From: Macrostomum lignano
Taxonomy: Eukaryota
Assembly: GCA_002269645.1 (NCBI GenBank)
Contig: NIVC01000064.1
Coordinates: 558,001 to 622,000 of the forward strand
Direction: 5' to 3'
Length of the DNA: 64,000 nucleotides
Positions 25,930 through 38,486 of this stretch are shown piece by piece (the stretch's first letter is position 1; every line of letters begins with the position of its first letter). The notes beneath the pieces are model-generated. The model saw only the letters and a program-made list of their open reading frames with translations, had not been told where the DNA came from and did not search any database. Both the position numbers and the translations under genes were made by a program.

Positions 25930-27395
25930 TGAACGTCTTCTGTAAATGTCCATACGGCAACGAAAAGGGCTTTAGACTCTGCTGATCATACATCGACACG
26001 CCGGAGGGACGCAGGAATGAATTGCGCGACTTCTTCGCCAGCAACGTAAACGCGCCCTCGCCGCCGCTGCCCACCAACTTTTCGCTCCCGCCGCTACCAG
26101 CTGAGGTGACTTCTGCACCAAGTCAGTCACCACAGAGATCGGAAAACACCAGGCTGCAAGGCGTTAGGACCGGACGAATCCCGGTCGAAGCTCTGCGGCT
26201 CTGCTGTGTGGCTTCCCAATTCGCTAGCGTGATTAACCGTGCGCTTACTGGCGCCTCTGCACCCACCGAGTGGAACAAAACGGCACATTGTGGCCAACCA
26301 GAAGAAGGCAGGGGTAACGCGGAAAGAAGAATACCCCGGGATCTCGTTGATGCCCTGCACGGGCGAAGCTTTTCAACCGCGGCTGCTGCTTGACCGTCTG
26401 CAGCCGGTGCTGGACCCGTAACTCTGTTGCAAGTAAAATGGGTTCCGGCCGCAACGCGGTACAGTAACCCAGATCATCGAGAAAACGCGCATCCGCCACT
26501 CCATGCTAATCATTGTCTTTAGTCACTTCCGAAAAGCGCTCGATTCTGTCTGGCCTATCAGATTCCACGGCATCTGATCGACGCCATCCCGACACGGGAG
26601 TTGCTGTTGTGACCTGTTCGACAAAATCGTCAGGTGTGCTGAGCGACAAGCTGGCGTGGCTACGCCGACGAACTGTTAAAGGCGTCCAGCGCCAGATCGA
26701 TGGTCTGGTCGAAGTGCTTAAGACAGAGGTGCTGGCTGACATCGCAGTGAACCAGACATGCCGCGACGAAAAACGGGCAAAAGACCACGCTTGCACGCAT
26801 CTGACGGTCGCATGCCACCAACGGTTCACCTACTTCGGTGGTCTAATGCCCCACTTAAAGGAAGACATCTGGCGGCGCAGAGGACTTGCCTGAGTGGCCT
26901 ACAGATCCGTCTGGGCCGTCCTTTCGTCCGAAGAGCTGCCCGACCGTACATGCATCATGTATTTAGAGAGCTCGGCTGTGGACGAGACCGTCTTGTTGTA
27001 TAATGCCGAGCCGTGGACGCTGACGGTCACGCTGGAGCGGCAGCTGGACTCGGCGCACTCTAGACTGCTCCCTGCGGCCTTTCGAGCTGACAAAGAGCTT
27101 CGGGACCGAGGCCCTGTACGAGAGGGCCCAGTTGCAACATCCGTTCACCTCTAGTGGCTCTGGTAGACTTCACTTGGCGATCCACGTGATCAGGGCTAAC
27201 AGGTACTGCCCCCAGCCTCTAAAAAGACGTCCTGCTGCTCACCTTCCAGGGCCAATTTAGGCGGGGCCAGGAAAAAGTGGAGATACTTGGACGCCGGGAT
27301 GCCCGACTTCACTGGAAGGGTGGACTTCGTCCGTTAACTCGCGCTGCGGAGCGCCATCTAAAGCACCCTGACCGCTTGACCTTGCTGAGTTCCAT
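25930..27395 (+). mobile_element. Decayed, 5'-truncated RTE-like non-LTR retrotransposon
   Basis: Frameshifted RT motifs KALGPD..EAL, YPGISL..RLLLDRL..GFRP, VFSHFRKALDSV, KTEVL, FTYFGG, and C-terminal LLYNAEPWTLT..LDSAHSRLL, HVIRA..YCP. Confidence 0.75.
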
Positions 27396-27397
27396 CT

Positions 27398-28601
27398 TTT
27401 GTTGTTGTTGTTGTTGTTGTTGCTTGCGGAAGGTGGTCTAGGGCTGCCTATGCAGGCAGTCCAAGAACCTAGCCACCAGATCGCCATCGGCCAAGTCCTC
27501 CAGTTGGTGTAGGTCCGTCGCGTGCCGAGCTCCGGCCAGGGCCGGACATTCGAGGAAGTGGTCCTTGTCTTCTAAGAGGTCGCACCGGAGGCATCTGCTA
27601 TCCTCCCTAGTGCCTATTCGGTGCTGATAGTACGCTGTAGAAGGATCGTGACCGGCACGCATTTGAGCTATGGAAACCTGCAGCGCGCGAGGTCGAGCAG
27701 GCATCGAGGGGGTCTTGCTGTAGACCCTCCTCAGCCGGTCATTCAGGAGAGGCTTATAGTTGATGAAACGGCGTATACGGCTTCGGGCTGCCTCGATGTC
27801 GATCCCTAGAAGATCCTGGGGGAGCAGACAGGCGTTCTTTGCCTCGGTGTCGGCTCTCTCGTTACCAGGAGTCCCAGAATGACCTGGGATCCACTGCAGG
27901 ACCACGTCGGCGTGGCTCTCCACCTGCGTCAGCTTGCGCTTGAGCGACTCGAGCAGAGGGTTCAGGGAGTGCTGCCGACCTTTGAGCGCCGCGATGGCCG
28001 ATTGGCTGTCGGTGAGGATCAGGGCCGAGTCCTGCTTAGTCTCAAGGATGTGGTCCAGGGCGAGGTGCAGAGCTGAGAGTTCAGCTTGGAACGAGCTACA
28101 CCAGCGCCCGGTAGCAGCTCCCTCAATCCAAACCACCTGGCCCGTAGTAGGGGCGACTGCCACACAGGCTGCCCCTCCATTCTCCGTTCCTTCGGAAGCA
28201 GATCCGTCAGTGAAATAGTGGATCTTGCGGTCGCCCCATGATTTAATGGTGTCTTCCGTCGCTGACCGCCTGGTCTCTGGCGGATCGCTCCTGGAGATTG
28301 GCTGAGTCAGGTGTTCGCAAAGGGTGACCCGATCCTCGATTCTCGGAAGCCAGGGCTTGTTTCTGATCCAGTTTGATTCCCGGCGTGGGCAATTCAGAAT
28401 CTGCTCGGATTCCAGCTTGGCTGCGCCAAGGGTCGTGGGCTGGCCGCCGGAGGGCCTTCTCGACAGCCAGTAGGGCTCTTCTGTGTCCTTCAACGGAAAT
28501 GGGAACGGTTCCGAGTTCGAGGTAGACGGCCTCCTCCGGAGCGGATTTAGGGAGGCCGGCCACGATTCTGAGCGCTGTCCTTTGAGCTAGATCGCCACCT
28601 G
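27398..28601 (-). mobile_element. 5'-truncated RNase H-containing LINE (I/Ingi-like) with (CAA)n tail
   Basis: ORF 28493-27438: YFTDGS..AELSAL..LTDSQSA..LQWIPGH..GNERAD (non-LTR RNase H), then QMRAGH..C..C..HFLECP (C-terminal CCHC); upstream frameshifted RIVAGLPKSAPEEAV; (CAA)n after the stop. Confidence 0.85.
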
Positions 28602-28692
28602 TTGTTGTTGTTGTTGTTGTTGTTGCTGCTTTTTTCGTTGTTGTTATTGTTGTTGTTTTTGCTGCTGTTTTCGTTGTTGTTGTTGTTGTTTA
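28602..28692. repeat. Degenerate (TTG)n microsatellite
   Basis: Direct inspection. Confidence 0.9.
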
Positions 28693-29439
28693 GGATTCAT
28701 TTTAATTTCTTCGTCAAATTAAACTTAGCGCTCCGAAATTCTCAGACGTTTGGTTCTAACCAATGCGGAGCCTGATAGGAGCTTCCTACCATGTCTGGTT
28801 TCTACTCGTAGCATCAGCAACTGCGGATCCGCTTGCTTTCCGTCGTCTTCAGGTCTGCGTCGTGCCATCACTGTTTTACTCCTGTCTGTGCTTTTGCATT
28901 GTTCACTTACTAGAGATTAGTCTGTGCTCACCTTTTTATTTGTTTACTCAATAGTTGACCTAAAAACCGCAGGGCTTACTAATATTATTAAGATTTTTAC
29001 TGCCTGAATCATTGAATCGATTATTTCTTCCAATTTCGTCATTTCAGTTCTAATGGCTTGAAAAGCCACTTCCTTGGGCGGTAAAGCACGGGGAAGGTGT
29101 GGAAGGCTGTAGGCGCCTTGCAGCGCTGTGACTTCAAGCGTGAGTAACAGAGATCTGTTAGAATTGGCCGAAACCCCGGATTTAGTACCTTCTCGCACTG
29201 AGCATCTGTAAACCGTTGTTGAGTTGCATAGTACTCTTTGTAGTCTTATTTTCATCAGTCACAGCCAAAAAGATCCCCAGCTGATCCGTCCTCTGGTTGG
29301 TGTAGCAGACTCCCAATTTTTCGATCTAGCTCAAACATTCCGATCATCAGGACGGGGCCCTCCCTGGTTTGTTAGAATATGATGCTGCTTGCGTCAAGCC
29401 TCAAGGTAGACAAAGTGACAGCGAGTGGCAAAGTAAGCT

Positions 29440-29525
29440 TGTGCAAACGACAGCTCAATCGCAGCTATTGCGCGGCCCATCTGAAGGCTGTGTACGGCTG
29501 CTCAGTCCAAGGACTGGGGGGTCGG
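29440..29525 (-). mobile_element. 3' fragment of the SINE at 30.4 kb
   Basis: Reverse complement matches 30590-30670 (CAGTCCTTGGACTGA..GCAATAGCTGCG). Confidence 0.75.
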
Positions 29526-29778
29526 CACACAATGATAGATGATTGTCTCATGAATGTATTTTTAGAAGCCTTAAATAATGATTCCTAAGCGTTGAATAAT
29601 GAGCGTACAGCATGACACAATGCATGGGCATATTGCCACTGGGACTGAGTGCATCTAAGCGAAATTCCTTTATTTCATTAGCAAATGCCCATTTAGAGTA
29701 AGTCTTAACTGTGCATTTTTCTATTTTTGGCGACTAGTCGAAAGATAGAAAGAGAACAGAAAGACTATTAGAGTTATA

Positions 29779-29960
29779 CTAGCAATCTACGCCCCCCGTT
29801 GGGGAGCCAAAGAAATGCAATACACGTTTTTTTAATAAGCTACATGTATCCTTGAAATCTTAAAAAATCTCCTGTCAAAACTTGTCAGCCTTGAAATGTC
29901 AGTAATTCCCCCCCCACAAGCTTTAACATATCAACTTCCCCCCTTGACATCTCATTAGAG
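29779..29960 (-). mobile_element. Helitron-like remnant (same family as 36227)
   Basis: A|CTAGCAAT..GCCCCCCGTTGGGGAGC terminus plus degenerate CCTTGA(C/A)ATCT units. Confidence 0.5.
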
Positions 29961-30405
29961 TTATATTTTCATTTTTAGTATATAGGACTTAGACATTGAG
30001 TACAGGTGGATAGGTGGATGTTCGGTGTAATGCTATGTGCATTGTAGCTCGTACTGATGAAATAAAAGATATACTGATGGCTTTTGATGAGGTACTAAGT
30101 AAAAAAATTAAATAAGACGCTGCAGATTAGAGTTTCTAATCTTGATACTTTTTCTTAAAAGCTTTTTTCCGCATTTGGTAAGCAAATTTAAGACACTGCC
30201 TTTAGATAGATAGTTATTACGAGCTAATATCAGTGAGAAAGTATAAAAATTTGTCCAACAAAATTTCTTGTATTGTTGCTTCTTTAACCTCTAAAATCCA
30301 TTTTTTCATCCGTTTCAAATGAAAATCAGTGCAAATGAAAGTTGAGGATTTCTCCAACATTTTCTATCTCAAAATTTCTCACTATCTCACAATCTCTCTA
30401 GGCTA

Positions 30406-30700
30406 GGGGTTGAAGCCTAGTGGTGAAGATCGACTTGAAGGTCGGGGGTTCGATTCCTGTTCCTAAAACAATTTGTGTCCTTGAGCAAGACACTTAACTC
30501 TGCATTGTTTCAGTTCACCCAATTGTAAAATGGGTGCCAGCATTAGCTGGGGTAATTGAGGCTGTGTGTGGCGACCCCCCCCCCCCCCCCCAGTCCTTGG
30601 ACTGAACAGCCGTACGCAGCCTTCAGATGCCCCGCGCAATAGCTGCGGCTGAGCTGTCGGTTGCACATCTGGCCCTTACGACAGGTGCAATAAATTTTTA
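30406..30700 (+). mobile_element. tRNA-derived CORE-type SINE
   Basis: A-box-like AGCCTAGTGGT, B box GGTTCGATTCC (30447-30457), CORE-like GTGTCCTTGAGCAAGACACTTAAC...GTAAAATGGG, AATAAA at the end; two further partial copies in the window. Confidence 0.8.
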
Positions 30701-31909
30701 TTATTATCTATATCACCAATTTCTTAAATTCTGGATAGGCTAAAAAAATTCTACTCGAATGCCTTAGTTTTCCATTACTAACTTACTTAGCGTTACTGAA
30801 TGTTTAGAGCGCCACTTAATCTTGACTTGGGACAATTAAAACGAATTTATTTCGACGGAGACTGAAACAAGGGATCAACAACAATAGAGGGAGTAGCGAA
30901 GTATTGTAAATTATGAGTTTGCGAATAAGAAAGAAACCACAGAAAATAAAAAACACAGGCTCTGCAAATAAACAAGGTGAGCCAACACAACGCGCGAGAA
31001 GGGCTTAAAACCAGATCGGAGGGGGGAGGTGGGTGCGCGCGGGGCAGAGAGACGGAGAGGGAGGGGCGCGACGGAGGAAGAGAAAGTGTACACATGGCGC
31101 ACAAGTGGACAGAGCAGGGGAGAGATCGAAAAGGGGGTGGTGTCCGACCGCTCATTAACCACCGTAAACGCCACCCCGAAAGGGCACACGCTTACGGGTA
31201 ATAAAAGATGTCCTTTGTGTTGCAGAATTAAAGCAACCCGAAGGAGTTCTGGGATTTGCATCTGGAGTGAAAATGATTTTTTACTTCAACGTACCTAGTG
31301 AGGTCACGCACAGAATGAGGCCGCTCAAAAAATTGTCAAATCAACAGAAGTTGTTGATTTTTCATTCAACAAATCAAAATTACCGTTGTCAATTTCACTA
31401 AAAGAAAAATGCGAAGACTTGAGCAAGCTGAGGGCTGCAATGGCGTGACATGTATGGCGACAGGCGATTGACACACGGCTTCCTAAGTCACGTGTCATTC
31501 TGGCCCTTTTATTTTTCGCATTTAATATCCTATCTCAATTTGGGATATGTGACAGCAAACTACCTAGCTCGTATTAGTAAGAAAACAAAGTATTGAATGC
31601 AGGGAGAGTGTTAAAAATATGTTTTTAAGTGTGTACAAGCAAGTCGCTGCAAACAGTTTCGTACGGAGACCACTGAATTTTGAAGCGATGAACTCCCTAA
31701 CCTAGAACTATAGGTGTCTTAGACCACACTGGATACTCTTTAACAATGCAGTGTAAGCAACCCATATTTTTCTAGATTCCTAAAACTGTGGCATTCTTTA
31801 AACTATAATGCTTGAAAAAAAACACACCATGTCATTCAAACATGCAGTTTTTACTGCTCACAGAGTCCACTAGCCAAGCACGATGGATTGCTAAAACATC
31901 CGCCTCGCA

Positions 31910-34298
31910 ATGGCCTGGAGCTGGCTGCTTCTCACAGCTACAGCGTTTGTCAGCCTCCTCGTCATCAATTGCGAGGCAGCCCACCACTACTGCATCCAGG
32001 ACAGCATCAAAGCATTCTCAATGAACGCTGACTCAGACCAGCCTGAGACTCTGCTCACCAACCACAGGGAGGTGAACGGACTCGCCTCATCGCAGCGATG
32101 TAGCTGGGAGGTGAGGCTGGGCCGCATGACTCAGCCGCTGCAGCTCGTGCTGTCGCTTCGTCTCGGTCACCGCCGACCGGGTGCTGCTGCCAGCGGACCC
32201 GGATGTCCGTCTGAGCTGACCGCGGCGCTGCAGGGTGAGTTTTCGGGGGCCTGCAGCGCTGACGAACCACGGAGAATTTACGGGGAGAGGTTGCGGTGAA
32301 GTTCGAGTAGCCCTTATCATTTTTCCCATCTACCCTAAAAACTTTTTAAGGGATCAGATATTAATGCTATAAATTTATAAAAATCCAATTTTGGATAAAA
32401 ATCCTAGGGTAAAACTCTGGCGCTCCCCAAGTGAAGAACTGTCTACCCCAGACTCTCTAGGACGAATAATGAAAAAATCAGAAAAAATGAAGGAGAAAGC
32501 GTTAGCCAAAATTTAGAAAAAGACCACAAAAACTTGCAATTTTACTTTTATGGACAACACATACACGTACAATGTGTACCTACAAGCACAGTTCTAATAG
32601 TTGGCTAGGCTTTGAGGTCGGACACAGATGTTAGGTAGGAACTTCGGTGAGAGTTAGTTGCTTTAGTGAAACGCCTAAAATGCTCGTAGCTTCAGAAATA
32701 TAATTAAGGCGCCACTTTTCGGAGCACAATGTATTTTGTTAAATTTATTTAATTTTATTCTCTACAACTTAGACTCAGGGTTCCGCAAGACCTGGAAGAA
32801 TGGAACGAATCTGCCAAAAACTCCATTGGTCGTTTCAGTGATGAACCAGTGAGTTCCGTAGCATCGTACATGCAGTTTAAACACCTGGGCTTAGCAACTG
32901 TGGGATAGCTGAGCGATGTAATCATTGCCTTTAATATTTAATAGCTCGCAGCTGCTGACGGTCCGGTTCTCGACGGGCGACTCCGAGCCGAGCGCGAGCT
33001 GCGGTCGCATCGAGCTGACCATCGCGGTGGCCAAGAAGGGCTTCTGCGGCAGGCACATGCTGCTGCATCGGGGCCGCTGCCTCTTCATCTCCGACTCGGA
33101 GCTGCGGCTGTCGGATCTGAGCGGGACTGGAGTTGAGCTGGCTGCGATCTCCGGGAAGGAGCAGCTGGATAAGCTTTTGAGGGACAGTGAGTGCTGAGCT
33201 GCTGCTCATGCTGGTCATTGCTCATGGGTACAGTGCTGAGCTGAGCTGCTCATACTGGTCATTGCTCATGGGTACAGTGCTGAGCTGAGCTGCTCATACT
33301 GGTCATTGCTCATGGGTACAGTGCTGAGCTGAGCTGCTCATACTGGTCATTGCTCATGGGTACAGTGCTGAGCTGCTGCTATTCTCAATTTCAGACGAAC
33401 GCAGGGCCAAACAATACCCATTTCTCAAGCCGCTGAACTTGAGCAAACAAGCAAGAGTGGGAGTTGTTCGCTGTTCCGCCTCAAAGACTTTTTCTGTCCA
33501 TTTCAACTCCACCAGCGGCGTGTGCTCACGGGAACGTTTCAACTCAACTGCCGTTTCAGATCTGGCAGTTAAAGGGTGAGCAGTTTTTTTATCTATTTAT
33601 TGATATAACAGTAAATAATTAACCTAGTCATAGGTTGAACACTCGCTCACTGACTAGAAAAGATCAAGCAGAATGATAAATGATTACATGTACATCCCTG
33701 CTTTTCACTGCCTGTAGAAATCTCACTGCCGACACTCAGTGCACAGCCTTGCAAGCTGATCCTGAAGGCAGAGCCGGGCTGCACAGCTGCTCATGCAGAG
33801 TGAAGATGCTTTCACTGCTCAGCTTCAGCGAGACTCCATCATTCGGCTCAGAGTCGGGCAAAGTGAGAACAGGAAACTGTTGGCTACATCACTTATGTGG
33901 GAAAAACTCAAGCCACAGAACTCCAGCGAATTCTAGGACAACTGGAAAATTTGGAGATAATTTTGTCGCTTTCTTCATTGCGCTGTACATAATTTCTGCC
34001 ATCACTTTGGCATTCATGTGCCACTACTCAAGATTTCTCAAGGTTGGTTGACAGTAGTTGTGTTATGTCCATAACTATGTGTTTATTTATATTCTTCGAA
34101 CTCAGCTTGCTATGACATATATTGACAAGGTTTTATATGAATGTTCCGTTTCAGATGTTCCGGTCTGGACCGATAATGGTGCAGAGAGCGGGTCAAGACT
34201 CTGACTTCGCTGCTGCTGCTGCTGCTAAAAGAAAGCATGTGTTGCATATTTTTATAGAACGGCAGTTCACTCCGTACAGCCCTCTTTCTGAGGTGTAA
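31910..34298 (+). CDS. Receptor copy 4, apparently intact: SP + CUB-like + CTLD-like + TM + tail ending YSPLSEV*
   Basis: Exons 31910-32234, 32773-32848, 32945-33186, 33395-33575, 33718-34042, 34155-34298, all phase-compatible; TM FVAFFIALYIISAITLAFM; last exon runs into unit 1 of the 77-bp array. Confidence 0.75.
33192..33375 (+). repeat. Exon-B VNTR (copy 4; 42/44-bp variant, ~4 units)
   Basis: GCTGAGCTGAGCTGCTCATACTGGTCATTGCTCATGGGTACAGT. Confidence 0.9.
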
Positions 34299-35722
34299 CT
34301 TTTGTACGCTTTGTATCTTTTCATATTTTTATAGAAAGGCTGTTTACTCCGCACAGCCCTCCTTCTGAGGTGTAACTTGAGTACGCTTCGTATCTTTTCA
34401 TATTTTTATAGAAAGGCTGTTTACTCCGTACAGCCCTCTTTCTGAGGTGTAACTTGAGTACGCTTCGTATCTTTTCATATTTTTATAGAAAGGCTGTTTA
34501 CTCCGTACAGCCCTCTTTCTGAGGTGTAACTTGAGTACGCTTCGTATCTTTTCATATTTTTATAGAAAGGCTGTTTACTCCGCACAGCCCTCTTTCTGAG
34601 GTGTAACTTGAGTACGCTTCGTATCTTTTCATATTTTTATAGAAAGGCTGTTTACTCCGTACAGCCCTCTTTCTGAGGTGTAACTTGAGTACGCTTCGTA
34701 TCTTTTCATATTTTTATAGAAAGGCTGTTTACTCCGTACAGCCCTCTTTCTGAGGTGTAACTTGAGTACGCTTCGTATCTTTTCATATTTTTATAGAAAG
34801 GCTGTTTACTCCGTACAGCCCTCTTTCTGAGGTGTAACTTTTGTACGCTTCGTATCTTTTCATATTTTTATAGAAAGGCTGTTTACTCCGTACAGCCCTC
34901 TTTCTGAGGTGTAACTTGTGTACGCTTCGTATCTTTTCATATTTTTATAGAAAGGCTGTTTGCACTGCACAGCCCTCTTTCTGAGGTGTAACTTGAGTAC
35001 GCTTCGTATCTTTTCATATTTTTATAGAAAGGCTGTTTGCACTGCACAGCCCTCTTTCTGAGGTGTAACTTTTGTACCCCTTGTATTTTTGCCTATGTTT
35101 TACAGAACGCTGTTTACTCCGTACAGCCCTCTTTCTGAGGTGTAACTTTTGTACCCCTTGTATTTTTGCCTATGTTTTACAGAACGCTGTTTACTCCGTA
35201 CAGCCCTCTTTCTGAGGTGTAACTTTTGTACCCCTTGTATTTTTGCCTATGTTTTACAGAACGCTGTTTACTCCGTACAGCCCTCTTTCTGAGGTGTAAC
35301 TTTTGTACCCCTTGTATTTTTGCCTATGTTTTACAGAACGCTGTTTACTCCGTACAGCCCTCTTTCTGAGGTGTAACTTTTGTACCCCTTGTATTTTTGC
35401 CTATGTTTTACAGAACGCTGTTTACTCCGTACAGCCCTCTTTCTGAGGTGTAACTTTTGTACCCCTTGTATTTTTGCCTATGTTTTACAGAACGCTGTTT
35501 ACTCCGTACAGCCCTCTTTCTGAGGTGTAACTTTTGTACCCCTTGTATTTTTGCCTATGTTTTACAGAACGCTGTTTACTCCGTACAGCCCTCTTTCTGA
35601 GGTGTAACTTTTGTACCCCTTGTATTTTTGCCTATGTTTTACAGAACGCTGTTTACTCCTTACAGCCCTCTTTCTGAGGTGTAACTTGTGTACGCTTTGT
35701 ATGTTTTGCGTATTTTTTACAG
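34243..35722 (+). repeat. 77-bp tandem array, 19 units, each containing a splice acceptor + mini terminal exon
   Basis: Period 77 bp; two sub-blocks (~10 + ~9 units); each unit has a pyrimidine tract + AG, then ..TTTACTCCGTACAGCCCTCTTTCTGAGGTGTAA. Confidence 0.95.
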
Positions 35723-36226
35723 AATTTACTTTATAACCAAGGATAGGATTTTCGCACTTTGGACAAACTACTGATATCATTGCTAGTTGAGTTCTTGTGC
35801 TAAGTTGTGACGTTGACAGTTCCTTTGTCTCCCCAGTTCTTCAGCTGGTATTCGCTGGGAATATTTAATGTGTATTTTGGTTTGTTCAATGGGTTGTACT
35901 TTTATGTTTGCTGAAGGTGGTTGGCAATACTTTATTTAACTTTTTAAATTTTGTGGCTTGGGAGGTGATGTCTCTTGGGAGCTCGGCTGTTGTAGTCTTG
36001 CAGAATGGAATCTGTGTTACAGCGGAAGACGCTATGAGAAACTTGTCCTGCATTTGAAATTCGAATTGATATCGTTGAATTTTCATGCTGTCTGAATCGG
36101 TAAATGTGACGATAGAAGGCTGGACCGGCCCTGGTACTCAAGGAGATTTTGTCGACAATATTACTCGTGTAATTAAGTAGTTACCGGTGGACGTATAGAG
36201 AAAGCGTTCAATAATTTTAGCTTAAA

Positions 36227-36790
36227 CTAGCAATTCGCCCTCCCGTTGGGGGCCAACAAAAAGAAGAATAAATATTTTTGAATAAAATGCATGTCGCTTC
36301 TGAACTGTCAGTCTTAACATCTCAGCAATTCCACTGTAAGTCTTGACATCGCAGTGATTCCCCCCTAAGCCTTGACATCTCATCAATTCCCCCCTAAGCC
36401 TTGACATCTCAGCAATTCCCCCCTAAGCCTTGACATCTCAGCAATTCCCCCTAAGCCTTGACATCGCATCAATTCCCCCTAAGCCTTGACATCTCATCAA
36501 TTCCCCCCTAAGCCTTGACATCGCATCAATTCCCCCCTAAGCCTTGACATCTTATCAATTCCCCCTAAGCCTTGACATCTCATCAATTCCCCCTAAGCCT
36601 TGACATCGCATCAATTCCCCCCCCTAAGCCTTGACATCTCATCAATTCCCCATAAGCCTTGACATCTCATCAATTCCCCATAAGCCTTGACATCGCAGCA
36701 ATTCCCCCTAAGCCTTGACATCTCAGCAATTCCCCCTAAGCTCTGACATCGCAGCAATTCCCAAATTAATCGTTTATGTTCGACATAATG
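36227..36790 (-). mobile_element. Helitron-like element carrying ~15 x 29-bp minisatellite
   Basis: A|CTAG at 36226-36230 followed by GC hairpin GCCCTCCCGTTGGGGGC; units CCCCCTAAGCCTTGACATCTCA(T/G)CAATT (36340-36760), related to the 2.1-kb repeat in reverse. Confidence 0.6.
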
Positions 36791-38486
36791 TTTCTTTTAT
36801 TTTTGAAATTATGCTTCTTTCATGTTGTCATCTTTTGATAATTGTACCGCTAAATTAAACTGCACTTATGGATGAATTTCATGTAAATATTTTATAGTAC
36901 AGTGAGAGTCATCTGCTACGAAAAGTTGTGCCACATTTTTTTCACGTTTCACGCTGTGTAAGTCAGTGATTCAACCCAGCATCAGTAGCTGATTGAAAGC
37001 GGAAGTGCACCATAGAGGGCTGCGCTAATGACTCACTTGTACTCACATGGAATAGTGACTCCAAATACGTAGAACAGGGAGCTGGTCTGTGCAATCAGCG
37101 CGATGTTGATTTTTACCTGTCTTAAGGCCGTCCCCTGTCCCCCTCTCCTTAGGCTCAACCGAAGGTATCTTTTCTCACCACTTTTATCGCTCAGGCAGTG
37201 AAAACGCTGAGCACTTTGTCTGCCACTACCGGGTGGTCTTCACCAGGCCAGACTCACTCAAGTCTGGCCAAACCCGGTTCTCTCCGATGTTCGCAGGCCC
37301 AAGAAAATACCGCTGCTCACCCGGTACCTCTAGGATGCAATGACCCCCCCCCTGAGCGACATCACTTCGATGGTAGCTATCTGTCGTCAGGGGCTCGCGA
37401 AACGGGTGTTCTAGATTATTCTGCAGCTGGTGCCCCCTACAGCTAAGACAAGCCAAGCCAAGTCCACCTGTCTACAAATCCCCACACATGACCAACTCTG
37501 TGCAGTGCATGCAGTGTACGACATAGCCTACGACACTGTCAAGTGCATTCGTTTGTTTGTAGAAAGACGGTTTTTGGTACTGTCATAGGCTACACTCTCC
37601 TGAAAGCACTACTCAGAAAATTTACACTGTACACTGTAGCTAGCAATGGACTGACTAAAGATGGAAACAATAACGTGCTCTGCTAGCAGGCATTACAGCG
37701 CCCGCGCAAAACAGTTGATTGTCTCTCTGCCAGACACCTCCGACAGAAGACGGAAAGGCAGCGCAGTGGGCATTATCTGAAAAGTGCGCGCATCAGGTAG
37801 GGATTCAGAGCTGTATGTATCGCATTTCTTGGAATATTTCAGCCGACATCAGATTGGTGTTTGAATTCTGAGGGTGTAATTTTCTATCGGCACTGGCCAA
37901 AACCCTGCGGAATTCAAATTAGCACAAGTCTTTAGAGTCTCAGATTTTGTTGTTATAATACACATTTGATTGCTTTTTAACTTTTAAAAATAGCTTTATA
38001 GTTGTCAACTGTCATTTTAATTAGTCTGCAAATATACGAGCTATAGCATTAGCTGATTAGTTGATTAGGTAATTAGTTAATTAGTTTTGCAATTTTTCAG
38101 TCGCATTTTATTAAAATCTGCTTCAGATGTGCAGCAAACAGCTGCTTGCATTTCTCCTGCTCATCGCGGTATCTCAGACTCCAATTCGAGGGTAAGTAAG
38201 CTAAGCACTTGGCTCTCAATGTAATGTGAGCAATACGACCAGTGAGGATTGCATTATTATGGTGTGGGATTGGCAAAAATTGCTTTGGAAATGGGGAGGC
38301 ACTTGTATCGAACTGCTAGCGTTATTTTTCTAATGTATAAAGTATGATGTAAAAAAAATAAAAGAAAAGAAGGCCTTCATAGCTAATGGAATTTGAAGTT
38401 TGTTCTTTTTTAATTATTAACACTGGCTTCCTTGACAGCCAACCAGATTTGCTGCTTAGATCTGATCCATAAAGAACGTGCCATAC

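Noticed and set aside
30411-30460. tRNA gene
   Set aside because: A/B boxes present but no cloverleaf, and it continues into a CORE-like body; it is a SINE head.
34243-35722. CRISPR-like appearance of the regular arrays (also 2085-2675, 51545-52550)
   Set aside because: No unique spacers, no cas genes, eukaryotic context; these are plain tandem repeats.
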